DNA of 48,973 nt. Origin: Candidatus Poribacteria bacterium. Lineage in GTDB: Bacteria; Poribacteria; WGA-4E; UBA9662. This document shows positions 37,496-48,753 of the stretch, one piece after another; positions within the stretch are counted from its first letter, which is position 1, and each line of letters opens with the position of its first letter. The stretch spans positions 1 to 48,973 of the forward strand of contig JAYGDX010000348.1 in NCBI GenBank assembly GCA_046582655.1. Direction: 5' to 3'. Position numbers and translations under genes: made by a program. The notes under the pieces are model-generated. The model ran no database searches, had not been told where the DNA came from, and worked only from the letters and a program-made list of their open reading frames with translations.

Positions 37496-38839
37496 ATGGA
37501 CGACAAAAAATCGGCCTCATCTCCAAACGTGATTTGGATGTTTGGAGATCAACATCGGGCACAAGCACTGAGTGTGATGGAAGATCCAAATGTGCAAACC
37601 CCTAATATCGATCGGTTAGCGGTCTCTAGCCGAACTGGTATCGCGGGTTCGCCTTTATGTTCCCCATTTCGGGGATCTTTATTGACCAGTCAGTACCCAC
37701 ATCGCTGTATCCCCGGTCACGATATTGCTTTGCCCGACGGGATGCCGACAGTAGCGACAGCCTTCGGTCATAATGATTACCAAACGGCTTACATTGGGAA
37801 ATGGCACGTGGATGGTGCTACTCATCGCCCATCCGATACACGTCCAGCCTTTCAGTATGTTAATCCAAACCGTCGAGGTGATTTCGATTACTGGATCAGC
37901 TATGAGAACAACAACAGCCAATACGATTGCTGGGTGCATGGTCACCATGAAGACGGAGCACCGATTAAGTCCTATCAACTTCGCGGCTATGAAACAGATG
38001 CCTTGACAGATTTATTAATCGAATACCTGCGGAATCGAAGTTTGGATCAACCGTTTTTTGTCGCTTTATCGGTTCAGCCGCCGCACAGTCCTTACGTTGC
38101 CCCACCTGAATTTATGGAGCGACATCGACCAGAGACAATTCAGCTTCGCCCAAATGTACCAAAGGTCAATCGCGTTCAAAAACAAGCCCGACAGAGTCTT
38201 GCTGGGTACTACGCCATGATCGAAAATCTGGATTGGAATGTTGGGCGCATTTTGCAGACACTTAAGGATACAGGATTAGCCGACCAGACAATTATGGTCT
38301 TCTTTTCCGATCACGGTGATATGCACGGATCTCAGGCACGCATCCTCAAATGCGTGCCGTGGGAAGAATCGATCCGTATCCCTTTCCTGATTTATGGGGC
38401 AGGTATCGATACAGGTTTGGATGATTATCCTGAACTGATCAATCATGTTGATATTGCGCCGACCACGCTTGGTCTTTGCGGCATCGATGCGCCAGAAAAC
38501 ATGGTTGGCGTTGATTACTCCGGCTATTTTGTGGCGGATCGACAAAAGCCGGTCAATCCACCCGACTCTGCTTTTTTGCAGTTGGTCGATCCGGGATGGA
38601 TCTATGGCTTCGCCTCCGACCGAGAACGACCTTGGCGTGGGGTAATCACGAATGACGGCTGGAAATATGTGGTGTTGGAAGGACAACCCTGGTTAATGTA
38701 TAATCTCAACTGTGATGCCTATGAACTGGCCAATCTGGCGATGGATGGCCGATTTAAACAGGAACGACAGTATCTTCAGAACAAACTGATGAATTGGATT
38801 ACCCATACGGGGGATATTTTTAAATTACCGGAGATCTAA
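37496..38839 (+). CDS. Formylglycine-dependent sulfatase, no signal peptide
   Basis: PNV.WMFGDQ, CSPFR (CxPxR), IGKWH, PPH.PY, SDHG, DIAPT. Confidence 0.92.
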   Translation: MDDKKSASSPNVIWMFGDQHRAQALSVMEDPNVQTPNIDRLAVSSRTGIAGSPLCSPFRGSLLTSQYPHRCIPGHDIALPDGMPTVATAFGHNDYQTAYIGKWHVDGATHRPSDTRPAFQYVNPNRRGDFDYWISYENNNSQYDCWVHGHHEDGAPIKSYQLRGYETDALTDLLIEYLRNRSLDQPFFVALSVQPPHSPYVAPPEFMERHRPETIQLRPNVPKVNRVQKQARQSLAGYYAMIENLDWNVGRILQTLKDTGLADQTIMVFFSDHGDMHGSQARILKCVPWEESIRIPFLIYGAGIDTGLDDYPELINHVDIAPTTLGLCGIDAPENMVGVDYSGYFVADRQKPVNPPDSAFLQLVDPGWIYGFASDRERPWRGVITNDGWKYVVLEGQPWLMYNLNCDAYELANLAMDGRFKQERQYLQNKLMNWITHTGDIFKLPEI

Positions 38840-38892
38840 CTATAAATAACTGGCGGTCGATAACGGAAATCGAGCAAAAACGGAGGATATGC

Positions 38893-40125
38893 ATGAAGAT
38901 TACGGAAATCGAAGTTCACGAGGTTATGCTCGAATACCAAGATTTTTTAGCTTACCAATTCAATCACTACTATGGTCCGACAAAGCGGACAGTCTACATA
39001 GTACATACTGATACTGGGTTAGAAGGCTTGGGCGAAAGCGGTGGAGCCGAACCACTGGAAGTTATCGAACAGTATATCGGGACCAACCCGTTCGATTGGA
39101 TTGGTGACGAAACGTCATTAGGTCTTGGAACAGCCATGTATGATTTGATGGGCAAAGTGGTTGACGTACCGGTTTATAAACTCTTTGGACAGCGCTACCG
39201 TGCTTGGGTTCCGGTTGGTAGTTGGACGGTTTCAACCGATCCAGCCCGAATGGCAGAAACTGTCGCAGAGTACGCGTCCCAAGGTTATACCTGGATGAAG
39301 TACCACCTATCCCCTTTTGAAAACGTGATTGACCAAACAGAAATGATGGAAACAGTTGCACCAGAAGGTTTCAAAATCCACTATGATTTGACTATGGGGG
39401 GGACTGACGATCACATTCCAGAACTCTTGGAAAAACTATCTCAATATCGGATCGCCGGCTGTTTTGAGGATCCGCTACCCGGCGAAGATATTGAAGGGTA
39501 TATCGAACTCCGTCAGCGTTCGAAACTTCCAATCGTACTACACCATTTCCCCATGGGTGCAACTTACGAGGTGTTGTTGAGGCCAGCTGATGCTTATATG
39601 CTGGGTCATGCCAAAATTGGAGATGCCATTCGTAGAGCCGGTCTGTTTGCTGCTAATAGCAGTCCGTTTATGTTGCAAAACGTTGGTGGCACCATCACCC
39701 GGACCATGACTACGCACATGATGTCTACTTTTCCATCTGCCAATTTCCATTTCTTTGGTGATACCGAAACATGGAAAAGCGACGTGGTCAATGAGCGGCT
39801 GGAACCGATTAACGGTTTTGTGCGTGTTTCAGAATCACCAGGGTTGGGTCTGACGTTGGATCGTGAAGAATTAGAACGGTTAAAAAAACTGAAGTTACCC
39901 GATCAAGAAAAGTGGATTATCAAATCACAATTCAAGAACGGAACTCGTATGAATAATATCGCCGATCCCAATAACTCGATTTTTATGGTTCGTCCTGATC
40001 GCAAACGACTGATCCCGATGAGTTACGATGCACCGATCTCAACTGAATATTGGGATGATGATGGTACCTCGGAGTACAAAAAAATGTTTCAGCGCATTGA
40101 GCAAGAAGGAGTAGTACTCGAGTAA
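38893..40125 (+). CDS. Mandelate racemase/muconate lactonizing enzyme family protein
   Basis: TDTGLEGLGE, A.YDLMGK...VPVYKL.G, MKYH, FEDP, PGLG. Confidence 0.82.
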   Translation: MKITEIEVHEVMLEYQDFLAYQFNHYYGPTKRTVYIVHTDTGLEGLGESGGAEPLEVIEQYIGTNPFDWIGDETSLGLGTAMYDLMGKVVDVPVYKLFGQRYRAWVPVGSWTVSTDPARMAETVAEYASQGYTWMKYHLSPFENVIDQTEMMETVAPEGFKIHYDLTMGGTDDHIPELLEKLSQYRIAGCFEDPLPGEDIEGYIELRQRSKLPIVLHHFPMGATYEVLLRPADAYMLGHAKIGDAIRRAGLFAANSSPFMLQNVGGTITRTMTTHMMSTFPSANFHFFGDTETWKSDVVNERLEPINGFVRVSESPGLGLTLDREELERLKKLKLPDQEKWIIKSQFKNGTRMNNIADPNNSIFMVRPDRKRLIPMSYDAPISTEYWDDDGTSEYKKMFQRIEQEGVVLE

Positions 40126-40174
40126 GCCAACCACCAACGGCAGAATCTCTAATCCAATAAAGTCAGACATCCTG

Positions 40175-41287
40175 ATGAAAAGTAATTGGCTCTTTAACTG
40201 CAAGACGGATTTATTTCTGCTCGGTCTACCGGTGTGGTTATGTTGGATAGTCTTTTTTCTCTTACCTGATAGCTTGAACTACATTGACGTACCTCTTTGG
40301 GTGTGGGTTGTTTTTATTCTGGGCATAGATGTCAGCCACGTATGGAGCACAATTTTCAGGACTTATCTGGATCGGGAGGAATTTTCCAGGCACAAATTGA
40401 CCTTATGCCTGACACCAGTTATCGTACTTGGCACCTCTTTTGGTGTTGCGCTTCTGTCTTTCCACTGGTTTTGGCGTATACTGGCCTATCTGGCTGTTTT
40501 TCACTTTATCAAACAACAGTGCGGTTTCATGATACTATATAAAATAAAGTCTGGAGACTTCACCAATCAACAGGTGTTGTCGGACAAGAGGGTAATCTAC
40601 CTATCCATGCTTTATCCATTAGCGTATTGGCATCTAGTACCAAGCCGAAACTTCAACTGGTTTATTAAAAACGACTTTATTTTTCTGCACCAGTGGTTTC
40701 AGCACAGCCAGTTAATGTTGATGCTCAGTATAACCAATATTTTATATTGGTTGATCATTTTGGCATGGATTGGCCAGGAAATATGGATCAAGCGAAAAGC
40801 AAGGATAAGCATCAGTACCGGCAAAATAATATGGGTATTGACCACTACTGCTAACTGGTATTTAGGCATCATTTTTTTTAACTCAGATCTCATTTTTTCG
40901 GTTAGTAATATTGTTGCTCATGGTGTTCCCTACTTGGTCCTAATCACATGGTACGTCATCAAGAAAAAGGATCTCTTGCGTCAAGTATCCTTGCGTTATT
41001 GGATCTGGAGTCGTTGGATCCTCTGGATCGTTGGCGGGAGCCTACTACTAGCGTTTTTTGAAGAATACGGGTGGGATCTATTTTTGAATGGAGAAAGACA
41101 GAGCTTTTTTTCTTACTTTCTGCCGTATCCTTTTGAGCTATTAACAAATCCTATCGGGCAGGCGTTAGCTATGGCCATGCTATCGTTACCACAAATCACC
41201 CACTACATAATCGATGGCGTTATCTGGAAAAACAATAAAAAAAATCCATACCTGAAATCGATCTTAGGCATTGGAGGCAAGCAATAA
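40175..41287 (+). CDS. Polytopic membrane protein with His-containing motifs, function unknown
   Basis: About 8-9 hydrophobic segments; DVSHVWST, FHFIKQQ, AHGVPY, THYIIDG.IW. Confidence 0.75.
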   Translation: MKSNWLFNCKTDLFLLGLPVWLCWIVFFLLPDSLNYIDVPLWVWVVFILGIDVSHVWSTIFRTYLDREEFSRHKLTLCLTPVIVLGTSFGVALLSFHWFWRILAYLAVFHFIKQQCGFMILYKIKSGDFTNQQVLSDKRVIYLSMLYPLAYWHLVPSRNFNWFIKNDFIFLHQWFQHSQLMLMLSITNILYWLIILAWIGQEIWIKRKARISISTGKIIWVLTTTANWYLGIIFFNSDLIFSVSNIVAHGVPYLVLITWYVIKKKDLLRQVSLRYWIWSRWILWIVGGSLLLAFFEEYGWDLFLNGERQSFFSYFLPYPFELLTNPIGQALAMAMLSLPQITHYIIDGVIWKNNKKNPYLKSILGIGGKQ

Positions 41288-41400
41288 TCAGTTAAACTGT
41301 CACAGTTTTCTAATCAAGGAACGTGGTGTTGAATGGATTGATTGAGTTTGTTTTTGGGTGCAAGATAAACGAATAGAAAACAGAGAAAAACAAGGAAGCT

Positions 41401-41571
41401 ATGATAGAACTAGAATTTGATTTTTCAGGTAATTTTAGTAAAGGATCGGCATTGGTTAAATTAGGTAGTGTCATGGATACGAGAGATAAGTTTGGGTATA
41501 TGAATGTGAAGCAGCGATTTAGGAAAAGAGGAGCAAAAAGCATATTACGGCAACACTGCTTTAGTTTATAA
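41401..41571 (+). pseudogene. WG-repeat (WG_beta_rep/KWG-like) protein remnant
   Basis: MIELEFDFSGNFSKGSALVKLG..DKFGYMN resembles the I.P.FD.A..FSEG.A.V....K.GYI unit. Confidence 0.45.
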
Positions 41572-41687
41572 AACTGAGTTCAGCAAAAAATCTAGAATGA
41601 ATGTCGGTGTTAAGTTGAACTTCCTAACAAGAACAGTTAAAACTAGCATTAGTATAAATGGTACTATTGGTTGGAGACATTAGCATA

Positions 41688-42053
41688 ATGCACATCCATA
41701 AGATAGCTGACGCAACATATCATCATCGTCAGTCCCCACTGCGGTTTGTACTGATGTTAGCCATTTTGTTCTTATTTATAACCCTCATTTGTGTAATTAG
41801 CGGTTTGGATATCTCAATATGGTTTCTTATACTGGTTGGATTGACTTTGGGGATCTTGTTTTGGGGTCTGACTGTTGAAGTCAATGAAGATATTGTATAG
41901 TTGTCTTTCGGCTTCGGTATTCGCCTGACACCGCACAGTTGGATGTGGAACATTCCCGAGCTCGGCGCTGTAGAACTGACATCCCGTGACAGCAAGAAGT
42001 TTCGTATTGGAATCGACGAACTAGAAGCGTTGCTTGACGCACTAAAGGCATAG
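41688..42053 (+). pseudogene. Small two-TM membrane protein with in-frame TAG and probable internal deletion
   Basis: ..FWGLTVEVNEDIV*LSFGFGIRLTPHSWMWNIPELGAVELTSRDSKKFRIGIDELEALLDALKA*; TAG at 41898-41900. Confidence 0.65.
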
Positions 42054-42185
42054 CGTCAGCAGTAGGATTATTGTGTTCTAAGCCCCATTGCTTTTGAAGT
42101 TTAAGGCCTTTTCTTGTAACTACATAATCTGGTGCAGGATTGAGTATGGGCAGCTTTTGTGGATCTATCAGGAGGAAAACAAACA

Positions 42186-43718
42186 ATGAGGATTGGAATA
42201 GCGAGTCTGTGGCACGAAACGAATACCTTTGCCATGGAACAGAATGATTCTATGGAAACTGTTCATATACAGTGTGGAGATGCATTGCTCCCACAGGGAT
42301 ATGTCAGGAGCTTTATAGGCGGTTTCGTCGAAGGTGCGAATCACCCGGATGTGGAGCTAGTTCCCACCTTGGGGATAGGTTTTTCGCATGGGGGACTTAT
42401 TCACGCCAAAGTATATGAACGCTGTCGCAGCATGATTATGGATGCCTTACGGGAGGCAGGGCCTTTGGATGGTGTCTACTTCGCTTTTCACGGAGCGATG
42501 GTAGCGGAGACACCGTATATCGATGCCGAAGGTAAGCTTGTGCAGGAGGCTCGTAGGATTCTGGGGGATATCCCCATGGTAGGCACTTACGACTTTCATG
42601 CCATTATGAGCGATTTTGAAGTCGAATCTCTTGTTCCGTTTCCTCACAACACTAATCCTCACATTGATGGCTATGAACGAGGATTGGAGGCAGCGAAATG
42701 TCTGCTCCAGATGCTAGACGGCACGATCCAACCAGTCACACACCGAGTCTTTGTACCTGTTATCGGGCCTAACATCGGCCAGAGTACCTGGTCACATATT
42801 CCTGTGGAAGAGGAAAGACTGTTGCTACATCAGCTGAACCTCAAACGTGAGGTACTAGAGGAAACGCCACGGGTTATCAATATCACTATCTTGGGCGGCT
42901 ATGGCTACGGTGACTCGCCAGACACCGGGATGTCAGTTGTCGCAACAACGAACGGTGACGCAAAACTTGCTAAACAATTGGCTAATGAGCTAGCCAGAGA
43001 TCTGTGGACACAGCGCGGAGAGTTACAAAAAGTGCGACCAATATATTCCATTGATAAAGGTGTCAGAATGGCAATGAAGCGAAAAGAGACACCAGTCCTC
43101 CTGGTAGATTTAGGCGATGATCCTGGTAGTGCCTGTCCGGCCGATAGTCCAGCCATATTGGAAAGTTTGATCCGGAACCAAGCACGTGACTGCGCCCTCA
43201 CAATCCGTGATGCCGAAGTGGTAAAGGCAGGCATCGCAGCCGGCGTGGGCGCGACACTCACTATGGATGTTGGAGGTAAAATCGACCAGCGTTTTTACCA
43301 GCCGTTGCAAGTGACCGGTGTGGTTAAATCTATAGATGACGGCAAGTACATAATCTGTGGCCCCACTCATGGCGGTTGGGGTCGTGAAGTCGTCAGGGAA
43401 ACCTTTCGGGAAACCAGTGTGGGATCCAGAATAGTGCTGCGTATCGGGAATAAGATCGACGTAATCTTTTCTCAAAGACGAACCGGTAAGGACCGTGACT
43501 TTTTCAAAAGCGCCGGCATCCTTCTGGAGGAGAAACAGATCCTGGTGGTGAAATCTAATCAAGCTCACCGTGCCTCGTTTGATCCTGTAGTTGCCAGCAC
43601 AATAGAGTTGAATACACCCGGTGTGAGTACTATCGATTACGCCAGCCTACCCTACCAATATCTATATCGCCCAATTTGGCCAATTGACTCCGATATGGAT
43701 TGGGCACCTTCTGAATGA
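42186..43718 (+). CDS. M81/MlrC-family metallopeptidase
   Basis: HETNTF, FHGAMV, D.EG, D.HA, PH.D, D..DDPG, VKS; GGAGGA RBS. Confidence 0.88.
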   Translation: MRIGIASLWHETNTFAMEQNDSMETVHIQCGDALLPQGYVRSFIGGFVEGANHPDVELVPTLGIGFSHGGLIHAKVYERCRSMIMDALREAGPLDGVYFAFHGAMVAETPYIDAEGKLVQEARRILGDIPMVGTYDFHAIMSDFEVESLVPFPHNTNPHIDGYERGLEAAKCLLQMLDGTIQPVTHRVFVPVIGPNIGQSTWSHIPVEEERLLLHQLNLKREVLEETPRVINITILGGYGYGDSPDTGMSVVATTNGDAKLAKQLANELARDLWTQRGELQKVRPIYSIDKGVRMAMKRKETPVLLVDLGDDPGSACPADSPAILESLIRNQARDCALTIRDAEVVKAGIAAGVGATLTMDVGGKIDQRFYQPLQVTGVVKSIDDGKYIICGPTHGGWGREVVRETFRETSVGSRIVLRIGNKIDVIFSQRRTGKDRDFFKSAGILLEEKQILVVKSNQAHRASFDPVVASTIELNTPGVSTIDYASLPYQYLYRPIWPIDSDMDWAPSE

Positions 43719-43953
43719 ACCATCTCTCTTATCAACTTGCCAACGGTAGAGAGAAATATCATGATGCGATAAAAACTTGAGGGAGATCTACAGAGTCGGG
43801 CTAAAAAGCTCGTCCTTGATCAAGCATCCCTAACAGACCGAGATGAGGAATGAGAACTTAGAATTTTTGCCTGCCATCCTGACAATCAGACTAGGTGTCA
43901 ATGGCTAACCTGAAAGGGAACAAAGAAAACCCACAACCAATTCCATGCCTCAC

Positions 43954-45507
43954 TTAATGGACACCCAATGCGAAGAGACTACGCCGTGTTTTGGGATAAA
44001 CTTGTAGGATAATCAATTCCATCAATTGGTACTGCAATTCCTGGCGAATTTTAAGGTAATCCGGATCTGCCACCAGATTACGCTGTTCATCCGGGTCTTT
44101 TTGCAGATCGAAGAGTTGTCCCCCTTGCTTTGGATAGATGGTGTAACGGTACTGATCTGTTCGAATCGTTTGTGCCCAGTCTCCCGGATTCACAGACCGG
44201 ATGGCATTATAGCTGCCTCTGTAGGCCGCAGTTCGCCAATCACTCGGACGTTCACCTCGGCACAAGGGCAAGAGTGATTTACCCGGAAGCTGTGGAAGAT
44301 CTTCAGCTTCCACCTTCAGATAGGGCCCCATCCTAGGCATCGGAGGGAAACTTTGATTTGCTATCTCCAGCACCGCTGGGCAAATGTCCTCCAGTTGAAC
44401 CAGATCGTCGCATATTTGACCTTGTCGCAAACCGGGGCCAGTGACAATCAACGATACCCGAATGCAGGCATCGTAATGATGCTCCTCTTTGCCAGTGAAA
44501 CCATGATCGGCAAGCAGTTCACCGTGATCCGATAGAAATACGATGTAGGTGTTTTGATCCCGCCCCTGCGTTTCCAGTAGATCCAAAACCTGACCCAGTT
44601 GATGGTCGAGGTGCATCAGGTCAGCAAAGTAGTTGCGCCGGATCAGTTGCCAATTGGGTTTAACAGGAGTTTTGCCGCTAAAGTAGGCTGGTGCATGTGG
44701 ATCACTCTCCCATTCAGCTGGTACAGGACTGGGTAAGGTCAAGGGATCAATTCGATGGATGTAATCGGCCGGAGCGCAAAACGGGCTGTGAGGTTGAACA
44801 TAACTGATATGCGCGTAGCAGGGCTGATCGATCGGAGTTTCTCGCAAGAAGTTCAAGGCATGCATGGTAATCCAACATGTTTGCGAAACCTCTTCTGGAA
44901 ATGGTAAGGCGTACGCGCCTGGTGTGCTATCGGGAAATTCCGGCGTCGTCCAGTCGAAATTCTGGCGGATGGCTTTAATCCGATCTTGAAGGTTGCGTTT
45001 TCTGCTATAGGCGGCATATTTCGGAATTTCGGTTGGCCAAATTGTTGCCAATACCGCTTGGTAGTGTTGTGGATGCTCGGACTCAACCCAATCCAGCCAT
45101 TCACCACCACGCGCGTCTTCGGTAATATACGTGACGTCAAATCCATAACGATGGTAGTCCGGATAAAGACCACCAAAATGCGGATTCAGATGCACTTTCC
45201 CAAACGCACCAGTTCGCCAACCACTTTCCTGCAATGTCCGCATGAAAGTTGGCAAATCAGGATCAAGTTGGTATCCATTTTCAAGGACGCCGTGCCCTCT
45301 CGATGTCAAACCTGTTGCCAACGTGGACCTCGCCGCACAGCAAACCGGATTGCTGGTAATGGCGTTGGAGAAACTGGTGCCACCAGATTTCAGTCGTTGA
45401 ATGTTGGGCAGATCACAAATCCCAGTCTCTGATATCTCCAACCATTTGGCAGCCAGTTGATCAACCATGAAAAAGATGATATTTGGAAACTGCTTTTTCT
45501 ACACCAT
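43954..45507 (-). pseudogene. Sulfatase with nonsense codon at codon 3 (probable pseudogene)
   Basis: ATG 45507: MV*KKQFPNIIFFMVDQL; CCAAR, FGKVH, QPH.PF, SDHG; the 45468 ORF lacks the first beta-strand PNIIFF. Confidence 0.7.
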
Positions 45508-45730
45508 TATATGAGGAGGCCTGAAACTGGTCAAATTTCGAAGTTTGCAACTAATATATCAGAAGCAGGTAAGTCCATCAAGTCTTAGTCTTGAAATCAC
45601 CTTGACACTATCGCTGGCTTAGCCCTTAGTTAGCCGTCATCTACATCCCGCTTGCCTAGTGTGTCGGTTCTTGTTATTATGATAGATATGATTATGACAA
45701 GGCAAGTCCATCCTCCGGTCGACAGAACCA

Positions 45731-48347
45731 ATGGAAACGAATAAATCACCAACCGACTGGCCAATGCACCGCTATGATCCACAGATGACTGGTCGTAGCC
45801 CCCTAAAGGCTGAGATGCATAACGCGCCAGAAATTGTCTGACGATATTACCTTGGTCTCTGGAATAACCATCTGCTACTAACATCAGCCGCAGAAGAAAG
45901 TGCAACCATAGACCTACCCAAGACCGTTTTTGGCCAAGACTACTTGAGTTCCAAGGCTATCAATTGGGGATTGAAGAGACCACTCGTTGACATTGATGGA
46001 CAAGGAACAATGATAGATCTACCCAATCAATCGGAGGTTAAACTAGTCAAACTGCTACCCGATCTTCTCGGGTTGCAACGTGTCGAGTTTGACAACGCTT
46101 TCAGTAAAGGTGCGGAAGAAAATCATGGCCGATTAATCGCTTATGATCAGGGCTCAGACAATCCGCGCCAAATCTGGCAAACAGAGCGAGTCAGAGATAT
46201 GTACTCGCCAGTGGTTGCTATTGCTGATACGGACCTCGGTGGGCAGGATGAAATTGTCCTCCTAACCCATTACCATTTAGCAATATATGATGCCCTTACT
46301 GGACAGTTAAAAGACTGTGTTGAATGGAATGTGGGTCGTAACTACGGGCAACTAGATGTTATCGATATAAATGGCGATGGCAGACCCGATTTCGTGATTC
46401 AGGTAGATGCACCACCGCATCTGGAATTTATTCAAAATACAAATCAGGGTCTCAAACTCGTTTGGTCGCATAAGTATTTGGCTGACGAAGCTGACGTAGC
46501 CGTGCCAACCGACTTCCAACTCAACAACCTGCCAAATAGCGTTTGTGACTTAGACGGTGATGGCCGAATTGAGTTGGCAGTCAACATCCATGATTTCAAG
46601 GATGGCCAACGTTGGCACGCGGTGATTTTTGACATTATGACTGGTGAGGTCAAGTCGGATTTTGTTGATCGCTATCTTTGGGCAGTTGCCGACCTTGATT
46701 GTGATGGTTATTTTGAACTTTTTCTCAGCCATGCACCAAGTAAAACGGTTGATATACAGGCCCAACTGTTCGTTGAAACCTATCTCGGCAATGGCCAACT
46801 TATACCACGGTGGGAAAGCGAAACTGCTGGGCGATTCTGCATGCAACCATATTTTTTTCCCGATCATACCAACAGCGCCAGTTCTCGCGGGCCAGTCTGT
46901 CGTTCAACGGTTGTTACTGGTGATATTGATAAGGATGGGGATATGTCGAGTTTTTTGTGATGATCGATCAACGGTTACTGGCTGTAGGTGGTGGTGACAA
47001 CGGCTATCAAATCAACTTTACTGTCGACAGTCCATCTGAGCAACCACCAAGAGCCTTAACAGTTGAATCTTTGGGTAGTGGCAACCATGTGTTGGTGGAA
47101 TTGCAGGCTGCATCAGGAAAGGTTGAAGTTGAAGGTGCGAAGGCTGAACTTCAATCACACTATCCAGCAGGCAATTTCCGGTCCACACCTACCGTTGCCG
47201 ATCTAGATGGCGATGGTCAAAATGAAATTATCGTTGAAAACGCAGGAGGTTTTGTCGAAGTAATAAATCCGGTTGAAAGGTCAACCCGCTGGAAATTTAC
47301 TGCCTCGGCTCAACCGGTTTGGGTAACCTGGAAAACGGAGCACAACCCCGTTCCAGCAGTTGATCTTGATGGGGATGGACGGAAAGAAATCATCTGTTGC
47401 GACGCTAGCAATGAACCGTACACCACTTTCTATGCGCTCCGTGCGGATGGGTCGGTATACTGGAAGTTAGAACTGACTGGAATCGCACCACGTTTGACTG
47501 AGACGTTCAGCGTTGGATATTTTCGGGATCAAGGTTGGGATGTAATCGTTACTATTCAAGAAAAAACTCAACCAGAGATGATTTCCTAGACGGTAGAACT
47601 GGAAACGTGTTATGGCACCAGAAAACTTGGACGGATGACAATGATCGCCCATGGCCCTATCCCAATAGGTACATCTGCTTTGATGTCAAGGGGGATGAGT
47701 TCCACCAGATTTATGGCAGTTACGCCTATATCTACTATGTTCTGGACGGCAGAACCGGTATGCCAATTCGAAAACCTATTAACATCTTTCACCAAGTCTT
47801 TAACCGTTGGCAAGCCTATTTTAATCCTATTCCAGCAGATTATAATGGAGATAGTAACACTGAGTTTCTGCTGGCTTCAGAATCTTACGCCATTGTCGGA
47901 ATTTCCATTGTTACACCTAACTGTGAAATATTATGGAAAAAAGCACTGGATAATGCTGTTGGTGCACGTAGCTTACAGGGTATTGGCGATTGTGATGGAG
48001 ACGGGATTCCCGATATTGCTTTCTATCATCTCGACGGTCGAATCGCTTGCTATAACGGAAAAACCGGAGAGGTAAAATGGCAGGTTGAAGATTTACAAAG
48101 TCACAACAGTTACAGTACAGGGCATTTTGCTAGCGGTGATATCGATTCTGATGGATGCGATGAGTTCCTGTATCCACTGGGATCCAACGAACTGATTGCC
48201 ATCGATCACCATTCCCCCAACCATATTTTGTGGAGAGCACCACTAGAATCGGAATCAGGAACCCCGATTCTAGCAGATGTCGATGGAGATAGGCTAGCTG
48301 AGATTCTGGTTTGCACTCAAGACGGTTTTCGCAACATATTAAAATGA
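45731..48347 (+). pseudogene. Large FG-GAP/VCBS- and PQQ-like repeat beta-propeller protein; one nonsense codon and two frameshifts
   Basis: METNKSPTDWPMHRYDPQMTGRS..PEIV*RYY (TGA 45839-45841) is in frame with 45944; frameshifts near 46942 and 47585; many DxDGDG motifs. Confidence 0.82.
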
Positions 48348-48414
48348 ACAATAATTAAAAACCGCTAACACTGTTTCGCAACATAATTAATTGGGAGAGC
48401 CTGACCTTGGTTAA

Positions 48415-48753
48415 ATGAGAACAGAAAGGAGAATCCTCATCTTTAATATCATTAGTTTGTGGTGTCTCGGATGCATCGCTACCACCATCGCTGACAACAA
48501 TGAGTTAAACTTGAAACCCAATTCTCAGATGCAATTGGTTGTAACAGGTGAGCTGACAATAATCGATCTACCTTTCAATCTATTGCAAGGTGGTCGCTTC
48601 CCCAGTATGAATCAATCTTTAGCCGTAACCACGGGAATCTATGCCCTATTTCACTCTGCCATTGGTCACCTGTGGACACAGATTAACTGGGGACCATATG
48701 ATACTTTGATTGAAAAATCGTTGAGAGGGTGTCTAAAAACTAAACAGAAATAA
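48415..48753 (+). CDS. Putative secreted protein, truncated by IS insertion
   Basis: Signal-like N-terminus; the last ~9 codons run into the IS end at 48725. Confidence 0.35.
   Translation: MRTERRILIFNIISLWCLGCIATTIADNNELNLKPNSQMQLVVTGELTIIDLPFNLLQGGRFPSMNQSLAVTTGIYALFHSAIGHLWTQINWGPYDTLIEKSLRGCLKTKQK

Noticed and set aside
42186..43718. Microcystin degradation (mlr) cluster
   Set aside because: Only an MlrC-family gene is present, with no mlrA/B/D; the family is widespread.
43720..43950. Possible ncRNA or gene relic between convergent genes
   Set aside because: No recognisable RNA motif or protein family could be supported by eye.
23976..45841. Alternative genetic code (TGA=Trp/Sec, TAG=Gln/Pyl) explaining the in-frame stops
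   Set aside because: TAG and TGA terminate many intact genes (e.g. 1688, 3183, 8174, 9435, 10005), and the interrupted genes also show frameshifts and motif decay.
354..48351. Numerous short antisense or overlapping ORFs in the ORF track
   Set aside because: They lie within well-supported genes and have no motifs or RBS; they are shadow ORFs.
48327..48385. 12-bp direct repeat TTTCGCAACATA (48327 and 48374)
   Set aside because: Only two copies, with no associated element; at most a small duplication scar.
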